Shown here in pieces: positions 48,487 to 58,636 of a stretch of 64,000 bases of DNA. The DNA comes from Somniosus microcephalus (Eukaryota), in NCBI GenBank assembly GCA_052327205.1, contig CM126215.1:44144001-44208000 (forward strand), read 5' to 3'. Both the position numbers and the translations under genes were made by a program. The notes beneath the pieces are model-generated. The model saw only the letters and a list, made by a program, of their open reading frames with translations. It made no database searches and had not been told where the DNA came from. The first letter of the stretch is position 1. Every line of letters starts with the position of its first letter.

Positions 48487-50111
48487 CAACTAAATACATA
48501 TTTTGGTTCTGTCTTCACAAAGGAGGACACAAATAACCTCCCAGAGATGCCGGGAGTCTGATGAAAGGGTGGAACTGAAAGAAATCAGTATTTGTAGGGA
48601 AATGGTGTCAGGAAAATTGATGGGACTGAAGGCCGATAAATCCCCAGGGCCTGATAATCTACATCCTAGGTTACTTAAGGAAGTGGCCCTAGAAATAGTA
48701 GATGCATTGCTGGTCATCTTCCAGAACTCGATAGACTCTGGAACAGTACCCATGGATTGGAGGGTAGCTAATGTTACCCCACTATTCAAAAAAGGTGGTA
48801 GAGAAAAAGCGGGGAATTATAGACCGGTAAGCCTGACATTGGTAGTGGGGAAAATGCTAGAGTCCATTATAAAAGATGTTATAGCAGAGCACTTGGAAAG
48901 CAGTGACAGGATTGGACAAAGTCAACATGGATTTACAAAAGGTAAATCGTGCTTGACTAATCTACTGGAATTTTTTGAGGATGTAACTGGTAACTGGTAA
49001 AATAGATGGAAAACCAGTGGATGTGGTGTATTTGGACTTTCAGAAGGCTTTCGATAAGGTCCTGCATTAGAGATTAGCGTGCAAAATTAAGGCACATGGG
49101 ATTGGGGGCAAGGTATTGACATGGATAGAGAACTGGTTGGCGGATAGAAAGCAAAGAGTTGGAATAAACGGGTCGTTTTCTGAGTGGCAGGCAGTGACTA
49201 GTGGGGTACCGCAAGGATCGGTCCTAGGACCCCAGCTGTTCACAATATATATTAATGATCTGGACGAGGGAATTGGATGCAATATCTCCAAATTTGCAGA
49301 CGACACAAAGCTGGGAGGGAGGGTATGCTGTGAGGAGGATGTCATGAAACTCCAGTACGATTTGGACAGGTTGGGTGATTGGGCAGAAACATGGCAAATG
49401 CACTATAATGTGGATAAATGTGAGGTTATCCACTTTTGTGGCAAAAACAGGAAGGCAGATTATTATTTGAATGGCAATAGACTGGGAGAAGGGGAAGTGC
49501 AAAGAGACCTGGGTGTCCTTGTGCACCAGTCACTGAAGGTAAGCATGCAGGTGCAGCAGGCGGTTAAGAAGGCAAATGGTATGTTGGCCTTCGTAGCAAG
49601 AGGGTTTGAGTACAGGAACAAGGATGCCTTGGTGAGACCGCACCTTGAGTATTGTGTGCAGTTTTGGTCGCCTTATCTGAGGAAGGACGTTCTTGCCATG
49701 GAAGGAGTGCAGCGAAGATTCACCAGGCTGATACCTGGGATGGCAGGAATGACGTATGAGGAGAGATTTTGTCGATTGGGCTTATACTCACTGGAGTTTA
49801 GAAGATTGAGAGGGGGTCTCATCGAATCCTATAAAATTCTGTCAGGCCTGGACAGACTAGATGCAGGAAGGATGTTTCCAATGGCAGGGGAGTCCAGAAC
49901 CAGGGGTCATAGTCTAAGGATAAGGGGTAAGCCATTTAGGACTGAGATGAGGAGGAATTTCTTCACCCAGAGAGTGGTGAACCTGTGGAATTCTCTGCCA
50001 CAGAGGGCGGTGGAGGCCAGTTCATTAAATATATTCAAGAAGGAGTTGGATATATTTCTTAAGGCTAAAGGGGTCAAGGGATATGGGGAGAAGGCAGGGA
50101 CATGGTACTGA
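48487..50111 (+). pseudogene. CR1 ORF2 3' part (reverse transcriptase), frameshifted
   Basis: KSPGPD, NYRPVSLT, GVPQGSVLGP, KFADDTK; joins 44060 as NKEIAG|QLNTYFGSVF. Confidence 0.92.
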
Positions 50112-50203
50112 ATTTGGATGATCAGCCATGATCTCATTGAACGGCGGAGCAGGCTCAAGGGGCCGATTGGCCTATTCCTGCTCCTATCTTCTATGTTTCT
50201 ATG

Positions 50204-50275
50204 TTGGGAGTAAGCATGAATAGAGTCCCTGAGAGGTTCCTTGGGAGTAAGCATGAATGGTGTTCCCCGAGAGGT
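50204..50275. repeat. Terminal two units of the 37-bp satellite
   Basis: TTGGGAGTAAGCATGAATAG...GAGAGGTT continues the array in register. Confidence 0.9.
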
Positions 50276-50619
50276 TTGCTGTGACTATAGTTGGGCTAGA
50301 AGTTATTACGGGGAAATTCTTTCTGGATTCCATTTCACTGAAAACATCATCTGACCCTGACAATATGGGAGAAATTTTTTTTTGTTCAGATAAAATAGAT
50401 TCATTGTTAAATGCTGGAGAGGTTTGTGTGTCCCAGATGTTTAGGCAGGAACATCAGGGGAATTTGGCAGCTGGCCAGCTTCTGGGTGGATTCTCTTCCT
50501 CTGTGCTGTATTCATTAGCTCGATCCCCATGGAGTCTCTCTTTGTATTTTCAAGATGTTGAATTTCTTATTGGGGAGTTGGAAAAGAAAGGACTCTGCAC
50601 TGTTTATAGTTTGGTAAAT

Positions 50620-51464
50620 AGAGTACACATAGAGTACTTTGTTAGGAAGAATGAGGAGAGGCAATATTAACTAAATGGTACAAATTTAAAGGAGATGCAG
50701 GAACAGAGACACCTGGGGGTGTATGTACTTAAATCTTTGAAAGTGGCAGGACAAGTTGAGAAGGCTGTTAAAAAAGCATATAGGATCCTTGGCTTTATAA
50801 ATAGAGGAATAGAGTACAAAAGCAAGGAAGTTATACTAAGCCTTTATAAATCACTGGTTAGACCCCAGCTGGAGAATTGTGTCCAATGCTGGGCACCACA
50901 CTTTAGGAAGGATGTCAAGGCCTTGGAGAGGGTGCTGAAGAGATTTACTAGAATGGTACCAGGGATGAAAGACTTCAGTTACATGGAGAGACTAGAGAAA
51001 CTGGGGCTGTTCTCCTTGGAGCAGTGATGAGGGACTTCAGTTGGAAAGATTAGAGAAGCTGGGATTGTTCCCTATAGAGCAGAGTAAGTTAAGGGGAGAT
51101 TTAATAGAGGTGTTCAAAATTATTAAGAAATTTGATAGAGTAAACAAGGAGAATGTTTCCAGTGGCAGGTGGATCGGTAACCAGAGGACACATATTTAAG
51201 ATAATTGGCAAAAGAACCAGGGGAGAGATCAGGAGATTTTTTTAATGCAGCTAGTTGTTATGATCTGGAATGAAAGGGCAGTGGAAGCAGATTCAATAGT
51301 AACTTTCAAAAGGGAATTGAATAAATACTTGAAAAGGAAAAAATTGCAGGACTATGGGGAAAGAGCAGGAGGGTGGGACTAATTGGGATAGTTCTTTCAA
51401 AGAGCCTGAACAGGCACGATGGGCCGAATGGCCTCCTTCTCTGTGCTATAAGATTCTATGATTC
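50620..51464 (+). mobile_element. 5'-truncated CR1 3' fragment
   Basis: ORF 50695-51027 CR1 ORF2 (LYKSLVRPQLE); ~60-bp internal duplication around 50962-51082; ATTCTATGATTC tail. Confidence 0.88.
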
Positions 51465-51559
51465 CAAGAAACTCAATGAAAATGGGAATGAAGAGTATGT
51501 TTTAATGACTAGTAAATGCAAGTTTCTGTATTTTGGCAATGCTTTGCAGGCAGCATAAT

Positions 51560-52320
51560 GGCCCAGTAATTCCGGGCACAACGCGTGAGTAAGGACGGGG
51601 TACTCATGCGTGTGCCCGGAGGAATTGCCGGTTTTCAGCATGCACAGCGCATGCACTGAAAACCGGCATTTCCTGTCCTCTGACCCAAGGGGTTAAGAGG
51701 CAGAGCGCGCGCGACTGCACAGGCAGCGCGTGCGCAGTGAAATTCCTTTTTCTTTTCAGAGTTGCTCGAGTGTAAAGGCCTCCGGTTTTTACGCATGGAA
51801 AAACCAGACTTAAGTACTTAGTTTTACAGGTAAGTGTGCTTTTAGTACAATGTAGAAATTTTTTTTCCACAGGTTTATTTAAAGAATTTACAGTAAGGTA
51901 AGTTTAGTTTTAGACCCTATTTTTTAAAAATGTATTTTTTTCAAAAAATTGATTAATTGTTTAAAACATTTTTAAAAACTTATTTATAGTTAATATAATC
52001 AGTGGGATGTTTTTTTAAATGTTATTTAAAGTTAAAGTAGTGTTTTGGCAGCCCATACTTTTCATGAGTTTGACAGCTCTTACTGTCAAACTCATGAATG
52101 AGTTTCCCCTCCCCTGATTGGCTGCACAGTGCTCACCTGATCCCAGCCGGCACATCGCACTAACTACGCCGCTGGATCAGGTAAGCACATCGCGCCGACA
52201 TCTGAACCGGGCCAGTGACAGGAAATGCGAGCAGGCCCGGGCTTCAGATGTCGGCGCGCAGGGTGAGTGCACATCGGGGGCTTGCACGCGCGGCAAGCTC
52301 CCGATCCTAATTTCAGGGCC
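51560..52320. mobile_element. MITE-like element with internal hairpins
   Basis: Imperfect TIRs GGCCCAGTAATT/AATTTCAGGGCC flanked by AAT/ATT; several internal inverted repeats. Confidence 0.65.
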
Positions 52321-54130
52321 ATTATCAAGAGGGTAAAGGCCATCTTTCATGGTAACTTTGATATGCATGGTGTTGACCAACAATACAGTCATAATGGCAC
52401 AGAAGGAGGCCATTTGGCCTATCGAATCCGTGCCGGCCCTCTGTAGAGCAAGCCAGTCAGTCTCATTCCCCTGCTCGATATCCGTAGCCCTGCAAGTTTA
52501 TTTCCCTCAAGTGCCGATCAAGTCTCCCCTTGAAAACATTGAGTGTCTCCACTTCCGTCGGCAGCGAATTCCAGGTCATCACCACTCGCTGCGTAAAAAA
52601 GTTTTCCTCACATTCCCCCCTGTATCTCTTGCCCAAAACCTTAAAACCGTGTCCCCTTGTCCTTGTACCATCAACTAGTGGGAACAGCCTTTCCCTGTCT
52701 AGCCTATCCAAATCCGTCATAATCTTGTACACCTCTATCAAATCACCCCTTAACCACCTTTACTCTAATGAGAACAAATTCAGCTTCTCCAACCTGCCCT
52801 TGTAGCTAAGAGCTCCCATCCCCGGAACCATTCTGGTGAATCTCCTCTGCACCCTCTCAAGGGCCTTGACATTCTTCCTAAAGTGTGGTGACCAGAACTG
52901 GACACAATACTTCAGTTGTGGCCTAACCAGTTCAACATAACTTCTCTACTTTTGTACTCAATACCTCTATTTATGAAGCCCAAGATCCCAGATGCTTTGT
53001 TAATCACTCTCTCAACATGTCCTGCCATCTTCAGGGATCTATGCACATTAACTCCCAAGTCCTTCTGTCCCTGCACACTCTTTAAAACTGTGCCTTAAAT
53101 GTATATTGCCTCTCCCTGTTTCTTCTTTATTAAATTCCATCTGCCACTTGTCTGCCCATTCTGCTAGCCTTTCTATGTCCTGTTGCAGTCACTTGGTATC
53201 ATCATCACTGTTTGCCACACCCTCAAGTTTGGTGTCATCAGCAAATTTAGAAATTCTACTCTGTATTCCAATATCCAGGATACCCTTGGGGAGCACCACC
53301 GTCTACCATCCTCCACTCTGAAAAACAGCCATTTACCACAACTTGCTGTTTTCTGACCTTAAGCCAATTCCTTATCCAAGCTGCCACTGACCCACCTATT
53401 CCATGAGCCTCAATTTTGTTAACCAGCCTTCTATGTGGTACTTTGTCAAACGCCTTCCAAAAATCCATGCAGACAACATCCATTGCATTCCCTTCATCAA
53501 TCCTCTCTGTTACTTCATCAAAAAATTCAATTAGATTAGTCAAACATGATCTGCCTTTTACAATTCCATGTTGGTTCTCCTTAATTAGCATAAAACTCTC
53601 CAAGTGCCCGTTAATTTTTTCCTTGATTATTGTTTCTAAAACTTTACCCACCACTGATGTTAAACTGACCGGCCTGTAGTTACTAGGATTGCCCTTACAC
53701 CCTTTCTTAAACAATGATGTTGTGGCGGAGCCACCAAAGGACTCAGAGCGGTTGTACATAATTCCTTTAACAGCAATGTAGTTACTGTCTGTGCCTGTAC
53801 CTTTAATTACACTGTTTGACTGTACAATGCCAGTTACCTTTACAGCATGTGATGACGTCATGCCGTTAGTCACGTGATGCCCCAACGGCGGGAAGAACGT
53901 GATGACGTCATGACATCACTCTCCTGATTGGGGGATCAGTCCTCGTGGAGCCCTCAAGGAGAATAGACCTGTTACTGATGTGTCCTAGCAGTTTCCAGTT
54001 TAAACACGTTTGTTTTCATTAAAGTTCATTAATTTAATTACCTGAGTCAAACTCAGTCTTTTTGATAGGAACCTCCGTTCCTACATTGGTGACCCCGACT
54101 TCTACGAACGATTTTCGTGGAAAATTCGAC

Positions 54131-55538
54131 ATGGACACGAACGCCGTCACGCTGAAACTGCCACAGTTCTGGGAGCCCAGTTCGCCATTCGGAACATCAA
54201 CGCGGATCAGGCCCGTTATTATTACGTGGTCTCCGCCCTCGACAGTGCAATTGCATCCCGGATTATCAGCCTCATCGGTAGTCCTCCTACTGACAGCAAG
54301 TATGATGCAATTAAGGCGCGGTTGCTTCAGGTTTTCGGGCTATCAAAGTCAGAGCGTGCTCGCCGGCTCATCACGCTGCCCGGCCTCGGGGACTCCAAAC
54401 CGTCCGAGCTCATGAGCCAAATGCTCACGCTCTTGGGTGCTGAACCAGAATGTTTCCTCTTCCGGGAGCTTTTCCTCTATCAACTGCCTGAACAGGTTCA
54501 GGCTGCCCTGGCCAGCTCCGACATTACTGACTGCGCCAAGCTTGCGGCTGAAGCCGATAAGATTTTCATGGTTACCCAGCAGTGCTGCGCGGCCACGAGG
54601 CGCCCACCCCCCCACAGACACGGTCCCGGTTTCTCCTACAGCGGGCTGGTGCTCCTACCACACCCGTTTTGGCGCGAAAGCACGATGCTGCCGCTCCCCC
54701 TGCAGTTTTTTGCCAAAAGAAAAACAAGGCGGCACAGGCGGCGCCCCTGGCGATGGATGACCAAATCTAACGGGCGTTCCGCGGTGGCGATGGCCGTCGG
54801 TTCTACGGGGAAACTCCTCTATATCACCGATTCCCTCTTGGGCCGCCATTTCCTTTGTGACACCGGGGCGTAGTGTAGCATTCTACCTGCGTCGAAGCTC
54901 GACACGCAGACTGGGAACCTCGGTTTTTCCCTCGTAGCGGCTAATGGCGCAGCTATTCGAACGTTCCGAAAGCGGCGGGTCGAAGTCTGTTTCGGCGGTC
55001 AGTGCTTCTTTTGGGATTTTGTCACAGCTACAGTCTCACAGCCTATCCTAGGGGCAGGTTTTCTGTGTGCCAACAGCCTGCTAGTCGATGTCTGACACCA
55101 CCGGCTGATCAACGTGGCCACCTTCCACTCGATCCCGTGCTTCCACGGTACCTCCGTGGCGCGTTCCATTGCCTGTGCTTTTCCTCCTCCAGATGACTTC
55201 ACGCGGCTCCTCGGGGAGTTTCCGGAGCTGACAAGGCCCACCTTCTCCTCTTCAGCGACGAAACATGGTGTTGAACATCACATCACCACTACTGGCTCCC
55301 CGGTTTATGCGTGGGCTAGAAGGCTCGAGCCCGGCAAGCTTGCAGCTGCGAAGGGGAAGTTCGCCACTATGGAGCGGCTCGGCATCATTAGGCGATTGAA
55401 CAGTCCCTGGTCTTCGCCTCTCCACATCCTGCCGAAACCAGGCGGTGGCTGGCAGCCATGCGGTGACTACTGATGCCTCAACGACGCCACCACTCCAGAT
55501 CGGTACCCAATCCCGCATATCCAGGACTTCTCGGTACA
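54131..55538 (+). pseudogene. Gypsy C gag-protease-RT start, degenerate
   Basis: MDTNAVTLKLPQFWE start, FLCDTGA; deletion/frameshifts and stops at 54871, 55093 and 55471. Confidence 0.9.
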
Positions 55539-58500
55539 AGTCGGACGGTTTACACCTGAACCAGAGGGGAACCAATATCCTTGCGGGGAGGTTTGCTAGC
55601 ACTGCTCGGGGGGTTTAAACTAACTTGGCAGGGGGATGGGGTACAGAGTGGAGCTATAGTAGGGGGTGATTTACAGCCAAATACAGAGGGAAAAACAAGT
55701 CAGCTGGGAAGGCAAAGCAAATATGTGAAGGCAAAAGAGAATATGGCAGGGCTGGAAGGCATTTATTTTAATGCAAGGAGTCTTGCAAATAAGGTGGATG
55801 AACTGAAGTTGTTGAACACATGGGAGTACGATATTGTTGCTATCACGGAGACATGGTTGAGGGAGGGTCAGGACTGGCAGCTCAATATTCCGGGGTATAG
55901 AATCTTCAGGCGAGACAGAGGGGGGTGTAAAAGGGGAGGGGGTGTTGCAATATTAATTAAGGAGTCAATTACTGCTGTAAGGAGGGATGATATATTAGCG
56001 GGTTCCTCTAATGAGGCAATATGGGTAGAACTTAAAAACAAAAAGGGGGCAAGCACTTTGCTGGGAGTGTACTATAGGCCCCCAAACAGTCAGGGGGAGA
56101 TAGAGGAACAGATATGTAGGCAAATCTCAGAAAAGTGCGAAAATAATAGGGTAATAATAGTGGGGGATTTCAACTTCCCCAATATAAATTGGGATAGTCA
56201 GAGTGTGAAAGGCTTCGAGGGTGCAGAATTCTTAAAGTGCATCCAGGAGAGCTTTTTGAGCCAACATGTAGAAAGTCCTACAAGAGAGGGGGCGGTACTG
56301 GACCTAATTCTGGGGAACGTAGCCGGGCAAGTGGTGGAAGTGTCAGTAGGAGAGCATTTTGGCGACAGTGACCACAATTCGGTGAGATTTAAGGTGGTCA
56401 TGGAAAAAGACAAAAACGGCCCGGAAATAAGGGTTCTAAATTGGGGGAAGGCCGATTTTAATATGATAAGGCAGGATCTGGCCAAATTGGACTGGGAGCA
56501 GCTACTTATAGGAAAATCCGCATCAAAACAGTGGGAGACTTTCAGAAGGGAAATAGAGAGAGTACAACGCCAACATGTTCCTGTAAAGGTCAAGGGTGGG
56601 ACCAACAAGCAAAGGGAACCTTGGATGACAAGGGATATACAAAAATGCATTAGAAATAAAAGGGGGGCTTTTGGCAGTTACAAAAGACTAAAGACGGAAG
56701 AAGCCCTAGAGGAGTATAAAAAATGCAGGGGCATACTTAAAAAAGAAATTAGGAGGGCGAGGAGGGGCCATGAAATAACACTGGCGAGCAAAATAAAGGA
56801 AAATCCTAAGATGTTTTATAAGTATATTAAGGGCAAGAGGATAACCAGGGAAAGGGTAGGGCCCATTCGGGACCAAAGTGGCAATCTGTGTGTAGAGCCA
56901 GATGATGTAGGCAGGGTTTTAAATGAATTTTTTGCATCTGTGTTCACTATGGAGAAAGACGATGCAGACATAGAAATCGGGCAAGGGGGCTGTGACATAC
57001 TTGAACATATTAGCATCGAGAGGGAGGAGGTGCTAGCGGTTTTAGCAGGCCAAAAAGTGGATAAATCCCCAGGCCCGGACGAGATGTATCCCAGGCTGCT
57101 GTGGGAGGCAAAGGAGGAGATTGCAGGGGCTCTGACACAAATTTTCAGAACCTCTCTGGCCACAGGGGATGTACCAGAGAACTGGAGAACAGCTAACGTA
57201 GTACCATTATTCAAGAAGGGTAGCAGGGATAAACCAGGGAATTACAGGCCAGTGAGCCTAACATCTGTGGTAGGGAAATTATTGGAAAAAATTCTGAGGG
57301 ACAAAATTAGTCTCCACTTGGAGAGGCAAGGATTAATCAGGGATAGTCAGCATGGCTTTGTCAAGGGTAAATCATGTCTGACAAATCTGATTGAATTTTT
57401 CGAGGAGGTGACTAGGGGGGTGGATGAGGGAAATGCTGTGGATGTGGTTTACATGGACTTCAGTAAAGCTTTTGACAAAGTCCCGCATAGGAGACTGGTC
57501 AAGAAGGTAAGAGCCCATGGGATCCAGGGTGCCTTGGCACGTTGGATCCTAAACTGGCTGAGTGGCAGGGGGCAGAGGGTGATGGTCGAAGGTTGCTTTT
57601 GTGACTGGAAGCCTGTGTCCAGTGGGGTACCTCAGGGATCGGTGCTGGGTCCCTTGTTGTTTGTGATCTACATAAATGATTTGGATGAGAATGTAAAAGG
57701 TATGATCAGTAAGTTCGCAGATGACACGAAAATTGGTGGGGTGGTAAATTGTGAGGAGGAAAGCCTCAGGCTACAGGAAGATATAAACGGGTTGGTCAGA
57801 TGGGCGGAAAAGTGGCAAATGGAATTTAACCCTGAAAAGTGCGAGGTGATGCATTTTGGACGGACAAATAAGGCAAGGGAATACACAATGAGTGGTAGGA
57901 CCCTAGGAAGTACAGAGGGTCAGAGGGACCTTGGTGTACATGTACATAGATCCCTGAAGGCAGCGGAACAGGTCGATAAGGTGGTTGAAAAGGCATATGG
58001 GATACTTGCCTTCATTAGCCGAGGCATAGAATATAAGAGCAGGGAGGTTATGATGGAGCTGTACAAAACGCTGGTGAGGCCACAGCTGGAGTACTGTGTG
58101 CAGTTCTGGTCGCCTCACTATAGGAAGGATGTGATTGCTTTGGAGAGGGTGCAGAGAAGATTCACCAGGATGTTACCTGGGATGGAGCGCCTCAGCTATG
58201 AAGAGAGGCTGGACAGGCTGGGGTTGTTTTCCTTGGAGCAAAGAAGGCTGAGGGGGGACCTGATTGAGGTGTACAAAATGATGAGGGGCATAGATAGGGT
58301 AGATAAAGAGGAACTTTTCCCCTTAGTAGGGGGGTCAATAACAAGGGGGCATAGATTCAGGGTAAGGGGCAGGAGATTTAGAGGGGATTTGAGGAGGAAC
58401 TTTTTCACCCAGAGGGTGGTTGGAATGTGGAACTCAATGCCTGAAAGGGTGGTGGAGGCAGGAACCCTCACAACATTCAAGAAGCATTTGGATGAGCACT

Positions 58501-58636
58501 TGAAATGCCATTGCATACAAGGCTATGGACCAAATGCTGGAAAATGGGATTAGACTGGACAGGGATGGATGGGCGGCGCAGACACGATGGGCCGAAGGGC
58601 CTCTTTCTGTGCTGTAAAACTCTATGACTCTATGAC
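55534..58636 (+). mobile_element. Young CR1 LINE, 5'-truncated in the end of ORF1
   Basis: Begins at ORF1 YKSDGLHLN with GTACA microhomology to the target; tail (ACTCTATG)n; splits Gypsy HIQDFSV|LAGNTIFSK. Confidence 0.93.
55581..58553 (+). CDS. Intact CR1 ORF2 (APE endonuclease plus reverse transcriptase); first in-frame ATG at 55743
   Basis: FNARS, ITETW, YYRPP, GDFN, DSDH, PQGSVLGP, KFADDTK; no stops in 990 codons. Confidence 0.93.
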   Translation: MRGGLLALLGGFKLTWQGDGVQSGAIVGGDLQPNTEGKTSQLGRQSKYVKAKENMAGLEGIYFNARSLANKVDELKLLNTWEYDIVAITETWLREGQDWQLNIPGYRIFRRDRGGCKRGGGVAILIKESITAVRRDDILAGSSNEAIWVELKNKKGASTLLGVYYRPPNSQGEIEEQICRQISEKCENNRVIIVGDFNFPNINWDSQSVKGFEGAEFLKCIQESFLSQHVESPTREGAVLDLILGNVAGQVVEVSVGEHFGDSDHNSVRFKVVMEKDKNGPEIRVLNWGKADFNMIRQDLAKLDWEQLLIGKSASKQWETFRREIERVQRQHVPVKVKGGTNKQREPWMTRDIQKCIRNKRGAFGSYKRLKTEEALEEYKKCRGILKKEIRRARRGHEITLASKIKENPKMFYKYIKGKRITRERVGPIRDQSGNLCVEPDDVGRVLNEFFASVFTMEKDDADIEIGQGGCDILEHISIEREEVLAVLAGQKVDKSPGPDEMYPRLLWEAKEEIAGALTQIFRTSLATGDVPENWRTANVVPLFKKGSRDKPGNYRPVSLTSVVGKLLEKILRDKISLHLERQGLIRDSQHGFVKGKSCLTNLIEFFEEVTRGVDEGNAVDVVYMDFSKAFDKVPHRRLVKKVRAHGIQGALARWILNWLSGRGQRVMVEGCFCDWKPVSSGVPQGSVLGPLLFVIYINDLDENVKGMISKFADDTKIGGVVNCEEESLRLQEDINGLVRWAEKWQMEFNPEKCEVMHFGRTNKAREYTMSGRTLGSTEGQRDLGVHVHRSLKAAEQVDKVVEKAYGILAFISRGIEYKSREVMMELYKTLVRPQLEYCVQFWSPHYRKDVIALERVQRRFTRMLPGMERLSYEERLDRLGLFSLEQRRLRGDLIEVYKMMRGIDRVDKEELFPLVGGSITRGHRFRVRGRRFRGDLRRNFFTQRVVGMWNSMPERVVEAGTLTTFKKHLDEHLKCHCIQGYGPNAGKWD

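Larger units (their letters stand above)
41261..50203 (+). mobile_element. Full-length CR1 LINE inserted in the 37-bp satellite, interrupted by Gypsy B
   Basis: Satellite cut at AGGTTCCTTG|GGAGTAAG; 5' UTR, ORF1, ORF2 (EN+RT), 3' UTR and TTCTATGT tail are all present. Confidence 0.93.

Noticed and set aside
55501-55620. In-frame Gypsy pol-CR1 ORF2 fusion protein
   Set aside because: The frames differ, and the Gypsy frame has stops at 55471 and shortly after the junction.
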